64,000 nucleotides of DNA from Dehalococcoidia bacterium (GCA_965216065.1 CBDCFB010000001.1:1442218-1506217), one strand, 5' to 3'; positions 44,028 to 54,308 are shown, counted from the first letter of the stretch. Notes: a model not told the origin generated them from the sequence alone. Numbers and translations are program-made.

Positions 44028-46002
44028 CCTCGGCGCAATCAGCCTCTGGATTGCCCTCGCCCTCGCCGCCTACTCTGCGGTCGGGTCGGTGGCAGGGAAG
44101 CTACGCGGCTCGGTTGCTCTCGTCGACAGCGGGCAGGCCGCCATGTACGCCACCATGGTGGTCCTTTTCGTGGCCACGCTCAGCCTGGTTGTTTCCTTTA
44201 TCAGCCGCGATTTCGAGATCGCCTACGTTGCGTTGCACAGCGATCTCGCCATGCCCGACCGCTTCACCTGGGTTGCCTTTTACGCCGGCAACGAGGGATC
44301 TCTGCTCTACATCGCCATGGTGCTGTCAGCGATGTCGGCCATAGCGGTCTGGCGGGCGCCGGAACGCGTCCGCGATGCTCTCCCCTACACCACCGGCGTG
44401 ATGATGCTGGTGCTGACCTTCTTCATAGCCGTAATGGCGGTGATGGCCAATCCCTTCGACAAGCTGCCCTTCGTGCCAGCCGATGGGGAGGGGATCAACC
44501 CGTTGCTCACCCACTTCGGCATGTTCTTCCACCCTCCTGCCCTGATGGCCGGCCTAGTCGGCATCACCATACCCTTTTCATTTGCCCTGGGGTCTCTGCT
44601 GGCCCGGAAGACCGGCGACGAGTGGGTCGACCCCGGGCGCGTCTGGGGCATCATCACCTGGGCGCTGCTGGCGGGAGGCCTGCTGCTGGGCTCCTGGTGG
44701 GCCTATACCATCCTGGGCTGGGGCGGCTACTGGTTCTGGGACCCCGTTGAGAACGCTGCCTTCATGCCCTGGCTGGCACTCACCGCCTTCATCCACTCCA
44801 TCATGGTGCAGAAGAGGCGGGGCATGTTCCGGATGTGGAACATAGCGCTGGTGAACGTGGCCTTCGGCCTGGCCCTCTACGGGATGTTCATGAACCGGGG
44901 CGGGTCGGTACCGTCGGTGCATTCCTTCGGGGCCTCGTCCCTTGGATGGGTGTTCCTCCTGTTCCTTGCAGTTGGCGTGATTGTCCCCTTGATCATCTTC
45001 TTCTGGCGCTACCCTTTGCTGAAGAGCGCTCAGAACCTCGATTCCATGCTCTCCCGGGAGGCTGCCTTCCTCGTCAACAACCTGCTGCTCCTGGGGATAG
45101 CCTTCGTTACCCTGTGGGGTACCGTGTACCCGCTCATCTCCCCGCTAACCAGCGGCGAGGAGATCACCGTTGCCCGCCCCTTTTATGACCAGGTCAACGG
45201 CCCGCTGATGCTGGCCTTGGTGTTCCTCATGGGCGTGGGACCGATGCTGCCTTGGCGGAGGGCCAACTGGGCGAGCGTTCGCCGGGCCCTGACAGTGCCG
45301 GCAGGCGTCGCCGTGCTGGCCGTGGTCGTGTTGCTGGCGGTCGGCCTGCGCAAGGAGTACGCCCTGGCCGGATTCGGACTTGCTGCCTTCGTGGCCTCCG
45401 GGATCCTGATGGAGTGGTACCGGGGCGCCCGTGCCCGGCACCGCAATTCGGACGAGAATTACGCCGTTGCCTTCCTTCACCTGGTCTGGGCCAACCGTCC
45501 GCGCTACGGCGGCTACATCGTGCACCTCTCGGTGCTGATGGTGGCGTTGGGCATCATCGGCACTTCATTCTTCAATACCCAGAAGGATGTGGTCCTGTCC
45601 CCTGGTGAGACCACATCCATCCAGAATTACGAAATCCGGTACCTGGGCACCACGGTGGTGCCATTCGGCAACCGTACCGAATTCATCTCCTCGGTTGAGG
45701 TCTACCGCGACGGGGAACTGATTGATACCATCAGCCCCAACCGGGCATTCTATCCCAACTTCAACATGGCTTCGACTCGCGCCGCCATCCGCTCCACGCC
45801 GGTCGAGGACTTCTATGTAGTGCCCAGCGAAAACCTGCCCGGAGGGGATGTCGGTTTCAGGATCCTCGTTAACCCGCTAATCTGGTGGATGTGGGTTGCC
45901 GGACCGGTGATGGTTCTGGGTACCATCATTGCCCTGTGGCCTGAGCCGTCTCGCGTCCCGGCAAGGGTGCCCTCCCGGGCCGCCGTTCCCACGGCCGCCT
46001 GA
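44020..46002 (+). CDS. ccmF: cytochrome c-type biogenesis protein CcmF (haem lyase)
   Basis: ATG 44020 overlaps the ccmH stop (ATGGGTGA). About 660 aa, multi-TM, with the WGGYWFWDPVEN tryptophan-rich motif. Confidence 0.88.
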   Translation: MGDLGAISLWIALALAAYSAVGSVAGKLRGSVALVDSGQAAMYATMVVLFVATLSLVVSFISRDFEIAYVALHSDLAMPDRFTWVAFYAGNEGSLLYIAMVLSAMSAIAVWRAPERVRDALPYTTGVMMLVLTFFIAVMAVMANPFDKLPFVPADGEGINPLLTHFGMFFHPPALMAGLVGITIPFSFALGSLLARKTGDEWVDPGRVWGIITWALLAGGLLLGSWWAYTILGWGGYWFWDPVENAAFMPWLALTAFIHSIMVQKRRGMFRMWNIALVNVAFGLALYGMFMNRGGSVPSVHSFGASSLGWVFLLFLAVGVIVPLIIFFWRYPLLKSAQNLDSMLSREAAFLVNNLLLLGIAFVTLWGTVYPLISPLTSGEEITVARPFYDQVNGPLMLALVFLMGVGPMLPWRRANWASVRRALTVPAGVAVLAVVVLLAVGLRKEYALAGFGLAAFVASGILMEWYRGARARHRNSDENYAVAFLHLVWANRPRYGGYIVHLSVLMVALGIIGTSFFNTQKDVVLSPGETTSIQNYEIRYLGTTVVPFGNRTEFISSVEVYRDGELIDTISPNRAFYPNFNMASTRAAIRSTPVEDFYVVPSENLPGGDVGFRILVNPLIWWMWVAGPVMVLGTIIALWPEPSRVPARVPSRAAVPTAA

Positions 46003-46091
46003 TGGGCTCAGTTTCCCAGGATTCAGTGCCCGTCCGCTTCGGAGTGGCTTCACTCGCGGGCCGGGCTTTGTCCTCCTGATAGACTGGCTCC

Positions 46092-46637
46092 ATGGATGGG
46101 CAGACGATATTCGCAGTGCTCATTGGGGCGGCCCTGGCCTGTTTCAGCCTGGTGATGGTCGGTTACGCCTTTTTCCGGGGCAACGAGCCGGCTCCCCGTA
46201 AATCGACGCCCCCCGGTGCCACAGCCGACGACAGCGTGGGCCTGGACTCCATCTTGGACTCCATCGACACCCTTGAGCTGGAACATCAGCTGGGCAACGT
46301 CCCCGAGGACCAATATCTCGAACTGCTGCAGTCCTACCGGATCCAGGCTGCCCAGGCGATAAGGTCGTTGCTCGAAAGTGATTCCGCCCCTCCTGAGCTT
46401 CTGCTGGAGCAGGAGATTCTGACCGCGCGCTCCGCTATTGTCGCCGATGACAGCTCCCGGGAGTGGATCGCCTGCCCCCAGTGTGACGCTCCACTGCCGG
46501 TAGCTTCCCAGGAGCCGCCTGCCGATGCCACCTGTCCCCACTGCGGGGTGGCCTTGACTGTAAGTCCGGCAGAAGAACCCGGGAATGGAGTACCCCAACC
46601 GGAAGCAGATGCACCCAGCCAGGCCCCGGTACGGTGA
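46092..46637 (+). CDS. membrane-anchored zinc-ribbon protein (unknown function)
   Basis: N-terminal TM helix. CPQC...CPHC pair near the C-terminus. Confidence 0.5.
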   Translation: MDGQTIFAVLIGAALACFSLVMVGYAFFRGNEPAPRKSTPPGATADDSVGLDSILDSIDTLELEHQLGNVPEDQYLELLQSYRIQAAQAIRSLLESDSAPPELLLEQEILTARSAIVADDSSREWIACPQCDAPLPVASQEPPADATCPHCGVALTVSPAEEPGNGVPQPEADAPSQAPVR

Positions 46638-47908
46638 ACAGCCGGCTTCACGAATTCATGTGCGGTACTCGACTTCCCCGGCAGCTGCTCCCCCTGCTGG
46701 CGGTCCTCGTCGTCGGGACTCTGGCAGCACTGGCAGTTGCGTTGGCCCCACCGGCCAACGCCCAGGACACGGTGTCGATCCGCGGCAGTGTGGTGAACGG
46801 GACAGCAGGGGCGGACATACCCGTTGAGCTGGCCGTGCTGATGCTGATTACCGCTGTCGATGGCACGCTCCAAGGCACCGGGCAGACGGTGATGGAACCC
46901 GACGGCAGCTTCCTGCTCGAAGATGTCCCGCTAGTGGAGGGAGCTGCCTACAACCTGAGCGTGGACTATGAGAGTGTTTTCTACGGCGCTTCTCTCACAC
47001 CCTCCGAGCTGCTAGACCAGGTAACGATAACCATCCACGAGCCAACCGAAGATGCAGGCATTATCCAGGTGCAGCGGCAGGTAATGGTCATCGCGGAGAT
47101 CGAAATAGCGGAGCGGGTGGTAACCGCCACTGAATTCGTGCGCTTCACCAATCCCACAGACCGCACCCTGCGTCCCAACCTGGAAACTGCACGCCCAGGC
47201 ATGTTCAGCTTCATGCGCTTTGCCCTGCCCCCCGATGCGGCCGATGTCACCGTTCAGTCCAACTTGAGGGGAGGCGAGATCATTTCTGTAGGGTCCGGAT
47301 TCGCCCTTACGGCCGCAGTGCCTCCCGGACAGCACAGCGTGGACTTCGCCTACACATTCCCCTACGAGGGAGGTAGCCTGGAGTACCGGAACAGCCTGCC
47401 CCAGGGCGTCGAAATCTTCCAGGTCCTGGTTCCGGAGGAATGGGCAAGCGTGGAAATCGGCGGCCTCTCTCCTCGTCCTCCCGTGGCCATCGGCGACGAG
47501 GTCTACCAGGCCTGGGAGGGCCGCGACATCCCCGCCGGCCCGGGCGTACAGCTGGACTTCCGGGGCCTTCCCCAGCCTGGAATCATGGCGCGCCTCGGAC
47601 GAACCCTTTCCGGCAGCGCTTTCTGGCTGACCACCATTCCCTCGGCTGTGGGTGCCGTGCTCCTGGCATTCCTGGTCTTCGGTCTTGCCCGTCGCTCGCG
47701 TCCCGCTGTTGCGGACGGATATGCGGAGAGCCCGGACGATGCAGCCCCTTGCGGCACCGCTGAAGGGCAGAGGGCTGTTCTGGTCTCCCAGTTGGCCGTA
47801 CTGGACCAGAGTTTCGAGCAGGGCAAGGTGGAGGAAGGCGACTATTTCGACAAACGTGCGGCGTTGGTGAGCCGGGCACTCGGCGAGCCCGGTGAGACGG
47901 ACCCCTGA
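46634..47908 (+). CDS. secreted/membrane protein with carboxypeptidase-regulatory-like domain and C-terminal TM plus SHOCT-like tail (unknown function)
   Basis: Signal peptide ending ANAQ. SIRGSVVNGTAG... beta-rich region. TM helix FWLTTIPSAVGAVLLAFLVFGLA. Tail is GKVEEGDYFDKRAALVSRAL. Overlaps both neighbours by 1-4 nt. Confidence 0.5.
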   Translation: MNSRLHEFMCGTRLPRQLLPLLAVLVVGTLAALAVALAPPANAQDTVSIRGSVVNGTAGADIPVELAVLMLITAVDGTLQGTGQTVMEPDGSFLLEDVPLVEGAAYNLSVDYESVFYGASLTPSELLDQVTITIHEPTEDAGIIQVQRQVMVIAEIEIAERVVTATEFVRFTNPTDRTLRPNLETARPGMFSFMRFALPPDAADVTVQSNLRGGEIISVGSGFALTAAVPPGQHSVDFAYTFPYEGGSLEYRNSLPQGVEIFQVLVPEEWASVEIGGLSPRPPVAIGDEVYQAWEGRDIPAGPGVQLDFRGLPQPGIMARLGRTLSGSAFWLTTIPSAVGAVLLAFLVFGLARRSRPAVADGYAESPDDAAPCGTAEGQRAVLVSQLAVLDQSFEQGKVEEGDYFDKRAALVSRALGEPGETDP

Positions 47909-48543
47909 TGGACCAACCGACGGAGCAGCCCGGTCAATCGGAACAGGCGGACATCCCGGAGGTCCGCCGAGGTTTCCTGGCCCGTCGCCGGGGCTTGATT
48001 ATGGTGGCTGTCGGAGTCGCCGTCCCCGTGCTGGCCCTGCTGGCGATACTGGCCTGGGCATCGGCCACCTCCGGCCCGGCTCGCGGCGGCCTTGTGGTCA
48101 ACGACCGCATCGTCGAGTTGAATGTCGACAGGGAAATCGCTCCGGAGTTCACCCTGGACCTCATCGGGGGCGGGGCCATCGGGACCGCGGACCTCCGGGG
48201 GCGCGTGGTGATGGTGGACTTCTGGGCCTCCTGGTGTCCACCCTGCCGCGATGAGGCCCCGGCCTTGGCGCAGATCTACGGCGAATTCCGCGACCGGGGC
48301 GTGGAGTTCGTCGGCGTCAACCTGTGGGACAACGTGGGGGATGCGGAACTGTTTCTCCAGCAGCAGGGGCATGTCTATCCCAACGGCGTGGACGATGGGG
48401 GTAAAATTGCCATCAGCTACGGCGTCAGGGGCATACCGGAAAAGTTCTTCATCAACCGGGAAGGGCAGATCGTCCGGAAGTTCTCAGGTCCCACCGGCGT
48501 CGAGCTACTGAGAGAAATCTTGGAAGGCCTGCTGCGAGAGTGA
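47908..48543 (+). CDS. TlpA/ResA/CcmG-like thiol:disulfide oxidoreductase
   Basis: TM anchor plus VMVDFWASWCPPCRDE thioredoxin motif. Confidence 0.8.
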   Translation: MDQPTEQPGQSEQADIPEVRRGFLARRRGLIMVAVGVAVPVLALLAILAWASATSGPARGGLVVNDRIVELNVDREIAPEFTLDLIGGGAIGTADLRGRVVMVDFWASWCPPCRDEAPALAQIYGEFRDRGVEFVGVNLWDNVGDAELFLQQQGHVYPNGVDDGGKIAISYGVRGIPEKFFINREGQIVRKFSGPTGVELLREILEGLLRE

Positions 48544-48614
48544 GTGGCAAGCAATGAAGGGCAAGCCTAGTAGCGAAAGTGGTCCGGACTAGGTGGTTTA
48601 CCGGCGGCGCATCC

Positions 48615-48641
48615 GGTATTCCTGCGAAAGCAGGAATCCAG
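48615..48641. repeat. REP hairpin
   Basis: GGTATTCCTGCGAAAGCAGGAATCCAG. Confidence 0.7.
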
Positions 48642-48756
48642 CGCCACCGTATTCGGTTCGGCGACATGCCTCAATCACCTGATTTGGGACCCTGCTCCTC
48701 AGTCGTATACCAATGGGCACAGCGCTACAGATCCACTACAGCCGAGGACTCCTGAC

Positions 48757-49749
48757 ATGACAGACCAGAAGGCCATGCTCGCGGCGGACTGGGGCGGCAC
48801 CTGGTGCCGGGTGGCCCTGATCGATCGGCACGGGGAAGTCCTCTGGCAGGCCCGGCGCCCCAACACTCGCGGCGGCTCGACGGACCAGTATCTGGCGCTG
48901 GGCGCCAGCCTCTTGGCCGAGGCCTTAGCCGTTCAGGGAATACAGGCTGGGGGCATCGGAATCGCGGTCGCGGGCCCGGTCGACCCCGACAGCGGCATCC
49001 TGTACCAGCCCCCCAACCTGATGGCCTTGGACGGCGTGTCCCTCAAGCGCATCTGGCAGGACCAGTACGGCCTGCCCGTGGTGCTCGGCAACGACGCCAA
49101 CCTGGCTGCGCTCGGCGAGTTCCATTTCGGAGCCGGCAGGGACGCCACACAGGCCGGGCATCCGCCGAAGAGCCTGTTTTATGTGACGGTCAGCACCGGC
49201 ATCGGCGGCGGCGCCATCGAGGGCGGGTCGCTGCTCGTGGGCGCCAACGGCCTGACCGCGGAGGTGGGCCACACCACGGTTGACACCTCCGAAGCAGCCC
49301 CCCGCTGCCAGTGCGGCAAGCAGGGGTGCCTGGAAGCCGTCTCCTCCGGCACGGCGATCGGCAATTACGCCCGTACCGCCCTGGCCGAGGGGAGGCACCG
49401 GGATTCGGCCTTGGCCGCCCTGGCGCCGGATGACATCACCTCGAGGGCGGTGGTGGCCGCCGCCGTACAGGGCGACGCATTCGCCAACGCGGTGATGATG
49501 CGCGCTGTCGGAGGGCTGGCCGTCGGACTGGCCAACGCAGTCCACCTGTTCAACCCCGACCTGATCATCCTGGGCGGCGGGGTTTCCGAGGGCCTGTCCC
49601 AGTTGAACCTGCTGCCCCGGATTCGACAGGGAATTCACGAGCGCCTCATGAGCGAACTTCACAAGGCCTTCGAACTCGTTCCCTCAGTCCTTGGCGACAA
49701 CTCCGGCCTGCTGGGCGCAGCAGCGGCAGCCTGGGAGCAGGCCCGGTAG
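48757..49749 (+). CDS. ROK family protein (sugar kinase-like)
   Basis: 330 aa with the ROK zinc motif CQCGKQGCLE and GIGGGAI. Confidence 0.8.
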   Translation: MTDQKAMLAADWGGTWCRVALIDRHGEVLWQARRPNTRGGSTDQYLALGASLLAEALAVQGIQAGGIGIAVAGPVDPDSGILYQPPNLMALDGVSLKRIWQDQYGLPVVLGNDANLAALGEFHFGAGRDATQAGHPPKSLFYVTVSTGIGGGAIEGGSLLVGANGLTAEVGHTTVDTSEAAPRCQCGKQGCLEAVSSGTAIGNYARTALAEGRHRDSALAALAPDDITSRAVVAAAVQGDAFANAVMMRAVGGLAVGLANAVHLFNPDLIILGGGVSEGLSQLNLLPRIRQGIHERLMSELHKAFELVPSVLGDNSGLLGAAAAAWEQAR

Positions 49750-49752
49750 GCC

Positions 49753-50529
49753 CTAGACTATGTAGCGCCCCCCCATCACGTTCACGCTGTCGCCGGTGAT
49801 GTACGCCGATTCGTCGCTGGCGAAGAACAGGCAGGCGTTCGCCACGTCCTGCACGGTGGCCTGTCGGCCCATCGGCAGGTCGCTGAGGTGCTGATTGGAT
49901 CCCCGAGTCGTCCCTGCCTGGAACTCCGGGTACCACTCGGGGTGCTCCCTGGATGTGTCGGTGGAACCCGGGTTCACCATGTTGGCCCGCACGCTGTGGG
50001 GCGCGGCCTCGGCGGCTATTGCCCGTATCAGTCCCAGCAGCCCGGTCTTGGCGGCCGTAACGGCCGTCGTGTTGGGCCGCCCGGTGATCGACGACTGCCC
50101 TCCCAACGCTATTATGCTGCCGCTCTGCCGTTCCAGCATCCCGGGCATCACGGCCTTGCAGAGGTAGAATGCCGAGTTCAGGTTCGTGTTCATCACCTGA
50201 AGCCATTCATCGTCCGACACTTCGGTAATCGGCCTGTGTGGCCGGATCGCGACATTCGACACCAGGACGTCGATTTTGCCCAGCTGGTCGATGCCCTCGG
50301 ATACCATCCCTCGCACCGAGTCTGAGTCTCCGACATCGCAGACCGAGGTGACGGTCCTGGCGCCCAGCTCCCTGCACTGCGCCGCCACTTCATCCAACTC
50401 CTTGGCGCTCTGCCGCGTGTTCAGCACCAGGTCGGCGCCTTCCCTGGCGAAGGTCAGCGCAATTTCCCTCCCGATGTTGCGGCTGGCGCCGGTGACCAGC
50501 GCAGCCTTCCCTTCCAATCGCATATTCAT
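49753..50529 (-). CDS. SDR family oxidoreductase
   Basis: 258 aa with N-terminal ALVTGASRNIG (TGxxxxxG). Confidence 0.8.
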   Translation of the reverse strand: MNMRLEGKAALVTGASRNIGREIALTFAREGADLVLNTRQSAKELDEVAAQCRELGARTVTSVCDVGDSDSVRGMVSEGIDQLGKIDVLVSNVAIRPHRPITEVSDDEWLQVMNTNLNSAFYLCKAVMPGMLERQSGSIIALGGQSSITGRPNTTAVTAAKTGLLGLIRAIAAEAAPHSVRANMVNPGSTDTSREHPEWYPEFQAGTTRGSNQHLSDLPMGRQATVQDVANACLFFASDESAYITGDSVNVMGGRYIV

Positions 50530-50658
50530 TTCCCTTGAATTAGAATGTGGTACGAACGTTGGCTCGATGTTGCCTTGTCGTGCAGACCAACAGGGCCGGT
50601 GGTTGGTCCCGCCTAAAGCTGATTATGTCCCGTGATTTCGCATTTGTGGGAGGCAATT

Positions 50659-50991
50659 ATGACATACCAGCCGTCGAAGTTGGGGCTTGTGCAGTTCACC
50701 TACCGGGACGCGCAGGGAGCCGTCGATTATTTGGGCGTGCTAACCGTCGAATTCGGAGAGGAAGGAGGGCAATGGGTAGGCATATGCAGGGAACTTGGCA
50801 CCGCAACGCAAGCTGATTCGTTGACCGAGGTCGAAGTTGATCTGCGCGAGGCCATAGACCTGCAATTGAACGAGATGGCGCGGATTGCTGATGTTCGAGA
50901 GTATCTCATTGAGAATCAGGTCAACTTCGCGCCAGTTTCAATGCCGGATGATACCGGCTTTGCTGTGGCGGGGAACGTGTTCACCGCTTGA
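50659..50991 (+). CDS. hicB: HicB-like antitoxin
   Basis: GGGAGG RBS before ATG 50659. The gene directly precedes and overlaps a HicA-type gene. Confidence 0.55.
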   Translation: MTYQPSKLGLVQFTYRDAQGAVDYLGVLTVEFGEEGGQWVGICRELGTATQADSLTEVEVDLREAIDLQLNEMARIADVREYLIENQVNFAPVSMPDDTGFAVAGNVFTA

Positions 50992-51227
50992 GCATCTCCG
51001 GGCGTGAACTTATGGCTCTGCTTGAGAAAGATGGGTGGGTTCCAGGCGGAAGGCGCACTCACGGAGTGTTCTATTCCAAGCGGTTTCAGGGTGAAACTCG
51101 CCCTCGCTCAACTGTTATACCTGACATATCAACACCGTTGCAGCCTTCAACCTTGGGGGCCATACTCAGCTTGAAGCAAACAGGGCTGGGCAGAGCCGGT
51201 CTTCAGGCCCTGATCAATTCCAACTAA
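50988..51227 (+). CDS. hicA: HicA/YcfA-family toxin (apparently intact)
   Basis: The TTG start overlaps the upstream stop. Sequence ISGRELMALLEKDGWVPGGRRTHGVFYSK...STVIPD...GTLGAILSLKQTGL. Confidence 0.6.
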   Translation: MSISGRELMALLEKDGWVPGGRRTHGVFYSKRFQGETRPRSTVIPDISTPLQPSTLGAILSLKQTGLGRAGLQALINSN

Positions 51228-51294
51228 AGCTCGACCTATCAGCAAATCTACTAACATCGTTTCCAGACGATATTAACGAACTTACGGAGGCATA

Positions 51295-52095
51295 GTGATG
51301 AAGTGGTGCCGCTACACCGCACACGGTTCAACCAGCTATGGCATTATCGAGGGCGACACGGTGCAACAGGTCTCCGGCAGCCCCTTTGGTGAACACTCGA
51401 AGACCGGAACGTCCCACTCGCTGGACACGGTGCAGCTTGAGGTTCCCGTAATCCCGCCCACCTTCTACGCCGCCGGCATCAACTACCCCGAGCACGTCAC
51501 CTGGGCCGCCCACATGCGGGGCGAGGAGCCCAACCTCCCCAAGCAGGCCGACGTAGGCTACCGGGCCAACAACGCTCTCGTCCCTAACGGCCATGACATC
51601 GTGGTGCCTGCCGACGCCACCGAGCAGTTGCAATACGAGGGCGAGCTGGTGGTGGTCATCGGCAAGGAGTTCGGCCCGTCCAGTACAGGCCCGGTCAGCG
51701 AGACCGACGCGCTGGACTACGTGTTCGGTTACACCATCGGCAACGACGTAAGCGAGCGCACCTGGCAGCGCGGCGACCGCACCATGTGGCGGGCCAAGAA
51801 TACCGACACCTTCAAGCCCATGGGCCCGTGGATCGTCACCGGACTCAACCCCGACGACCTGCATGTTGTCATCCGCGTCAACGACAACGTCGTCGGCGAA
51901 TACGATGTCGCCACCGCCCTCTTCGGCGTCCGGACCTACATCAGCGAGATGAGCAAGTACCTCACGGTCGTCCCCGGCGATGTCCTCTGGATGGGCACCG
52001 AGGGCGCCACGGAGAACATGAAGGACGGCGACCTCTGCGAAATCGAGGTCAGCGACATCGGCACCCTCAGCAACCGCGTCAAGTGGCTGAAGTAG
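51295..52095 (+). CDS. FAH family protein (2-keto-4-pentenoate hydratase / oxaloacetate decarboxylase-like)
   Basis: 266 aa with LQYEGELVVVIGKE and a C-terminal GDLCEIEVSDIGTLSNRV. Confidence 0.8.
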   Translation: MMKWCRYTAHGSTSYGIIEGDTVQQVSGSPFGEHSKTGTSHSLDTVQLEVPVIPPTFYAAGINYPEHVTWAAHMRGEEPNLPKQADVGYRANNALVPNGHDIVVPADATEQLQYEGELVVVIGKEFGPSSTGPVSETDALDYVFGYTIGNDVSERTWQRGDRTMWRAKNTDTFKPMGPWIVTGLNPDDLHVVIRVNDNVVGEYDVATALFGVRTYISEMSKYLTVVPGDVLWMGTEGATENMKDGDLCEIEVSDIGTLSNRVKWLK

Positions 52096-52169
52096 ACTGG
52101 CCGACCAGTGGTCCCGTCGTACCTGCTCCCCACCTCCCTGAGAGATGGGGAGCACTGACTTTCCGGGGC

Positions 52170-52544
52170 CTACCCTGCTGAGAACCCCGTCTCCGCGGCC
52201 CACGCCTGCAGGCCCCGGCGGAAGGCCAGGCCGCCCATGGGCATGGCCACGCACTGCAGCGCCTCAAGGACCTCCGTCGGCGTTGCCCCCTCGCGCAGCG
52301 CAACGCGGATGTGGGCGGCTATCTGGTCCACGTCAGCCCTCAGGGCCGCCTCCACCGCCACCTGCAGCAGTTCTTTGGTCTTGCGGTCCAGCGTCCGCTC
52401 TCCTGTGTAGGTGGCTTCGATGAAGGCGTTGTATTTTTCGACCCAGGCCGGGTCTGCCGCCGCCATGATGCCGTGCATCTCCAGGGTGTAGCCCCGGCTC
52501 TCGGCAATACTGGCCAGCACTTCCTGTTGTTCTTCGGATGGCAT
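52170..52544 (-). CDS. carboxymuconolactone decarboxylase (AhpD-like) family protein
   Basis: 124 aa with LDRKTKELLQVAVEAAL and a CMD-type helical pattern. Confidence 0.7.
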   Translation of the reverse strand: MPSEEQQEVLASIAESRGYTLEMHGIMAAADPAWVEKYNAFIEATYTGERTLDRKTKELLQVAVEAALRADVDQIAAHIRVALREGATPTEVLEALQCVAMPMGGLAFRRGLQAWAAETGFSAG

Positions 52545-52604
52545 GTCCTTCTCCTGATGTACGATTTGTAGTCGATCTCAGAGCCATTGGCTGGGACGGA
52601 TAAT

Positions 52605-52637
52605 ACCCTCTCCCCGGAGGGAGAGGGTACCCTGACC
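52605..52637. repeat. GEG-type hairpin repeat
   Basis: ACCCTCTCCCCGGAGGGAGAGGGTACCCTGACC. Confidence 0.7.
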
Positions 52638-52703
52638 TACACTTGGGCAGGATTGCGGATCAGGTGGTTGAGTCGCATTTCCGGCCTGAACGCGCACCAC
52701 GCC

Positions 52704-52753
52704 GGATTCCTGCTCCCCGATCGATTCGGGGACATGTTTCGCAGGAATGACGG
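52704..52753. repeat. REP hairpin with nested hairpin
   Basis: GGATTCCTGC...GCAGGAATGACGG enclosing TCCCCGATCGATTCGGGGA. Confidence 0.65.
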
Positions 52754-52816
52754 ATCGCAGGCAGGGAGGCCACCTGAATTGGAACGCTGATTTCCGACTG
52801 AAAGGCCTGCCCGGCG

Positions 52817-53923
52817 CTACAGCTCATAGTGCCTGCGGGCCTCAGCCTGCATTGGATTGTTCTGCTGGAACAGGTCGGGGTGCGTGCCCCTTGCCAGCGC
52901 CAGGTAGTAGGTGAAAAACTGCAACGGCAGCACATACACCAGCGGACTCCACAACTCGGGCACCACCGGAAGGGTGAACCGCTCGGTGCACAGGTCGGAA
53001 AGCAGCGTGTCCCCCTCCTGCACCAGACCCCAGACGGGCGCTCCTACCGCGGTCGATGCCCGCGCCACGTTCATCGCCCGCTCGTACCCTGGGCCGGGCG
53101 GAGCGACCACCGTGATCATGCACTTCTGGTCCACCGAACAGAACGGTCCGTGGAGCAGCTGCTCAATCTCCAGACCCTCGCTGTCGCAGGCGCTGGTCTC
53201 CTTGATCTTCAGCGCAACTTCGTACGCCGATGCCGTGTTCGGACCCCAGCCTACGCAGATGAAACGCTGCCGGCTCTGGAACCGGCGGGCAGCCCGTTGC
53301 AGTTCCGTAATCCGTGCTGTCACCTGCTCCATCGCCGCCGGGATATCCTCCAGCCGGGCGCGGAGCTGCGCAACGTCCCCGCCTTGGTCGGTCCATCCGC
53401 CCAGTGCCGCCGCCAGCATTCCCAGTACCATCAGTCCGGAGGTGTAGCTGACGGTGAAGGCCGCCGACCGCTCGGGCGGCACCGTCTGCAGCTGGGCATC
53501 TGCGCCGGCGATGCGCGGTCCGGGGTCGGTGGAGGTGATCGCAACGGTGTAGGCCCCGCTGCTTTTCGCCATTTCCAGCGCCAGGAACGAGTAGGTCTTC
53601 GTGCCCCGGTGGCTGATGACGATAACTCCGTCATCGCTGCTAAGGGGAGGCGAATAGGAGCAGAACTCGAAGGAGTGCCATACCTCTATGACTGGGCTGT
53701 CGCCGGCGAACTTGCGAAACCAGTGGCCCGCCACCAGCGCAGCGTGCCAAGAGGTCCCGATGCCGACGATGTAAACTCGCCGCTTCCTGGCCAGTTCCGC
53801 CGCAACCGGCTGGACGGTGGTGACATGCTTGGCCAGCATCTCCTCCATGGCCGCGGGCTGCTGCATTATGGCCTCATACATCATGTACGGGTGACCCTGT
53901 CTCACATCCTGTCGCTGTGTCAT
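52817..53923 (-). CDS. SIS-domain sugar-phosphate isomerase/aminotransferase-like protein (two SIS domains)
   Basis: 368 aa with VYIVGIGTSWHAAL and FICVGWGPNTASAYEVALKIKE patterns. Confidence 0.75.
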   Translation of the reverse strand: MTQRQDVRQGHPYMMYEAIMQQPAAMEEMLAKHVTTVQPVAAELARKRRVYIVGIGTSWHAALVAGHWFRKFAGDSPVIEVWHSFEFCSYSPPLSSDDGVIVISHRGTKTYSFLALEMAKSSGAYTVAITSTDPGPRIAGADAQLQTVPPERSAAFTVSYTSGLMVLGMLAAALGGWTDQGGDVAQLRARLEDIPAAMEQVTARITELQRAARRFQSRQRFICVGWGPNTASAYEVALKIKETSACDSEGLEIEQLLHGPFCSVDQKCMITVVAPPGPGYERAMNVARASTAVGAPVWGLVQEGDTLLSDLCTERFTLPVVPELWSPLVYVLPLQFFTYYLALARGTHPDLFQQNNPMQAEARRHYEL

Positions 53924-54049
53924 ATCTCCACCCCCGCAGACTTCCCTCTCTCGAACGCCGAGAGATAGGGTGAGCGCGTTCTCTTCCTGACTGTTAAAGA
54001 CGGAATTTTAGCGGAATTTCTGCCGTTGACCAGCCCCGCCTCTCCGGAC

Positions 54050-54191
54050 CAGTACGATTGCGTAGTCCGGGGGAATCCGTTGGTGGTGAGCTTGCCGAAC
54101 CATCAGCGGATTCCTTCAGCCCGTCCTTCGACAGGCTGGGGGCTAGCGGTTCGGGCACTCGTGGGGTTCTGCAATCTCCCTAATCTCCCTG
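54050..54191. repeat. degenerate MITE remnant with LSNH-like core
   Basis: CAGTACGATTGCG start. The core GAATCCGTTGGTGGTGAGCTTGCCGAACCAT...CCTTCGACAGGCTG is homologous to 34153..34276. Ends CTCCCTG. Confidence 0.4.
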
Positions 54192-54308
54192 TATCCGGGA
54201 CGGTAGCCAATGCCCAGCGTGATAGAATCCGCCTGCATGTCGGCCGGGCGATGTAGCCTTTCTTTTTTGAATGATCTCTCCGCTGGCAATCCGGAGGAGG
54301 TAGCGGTT

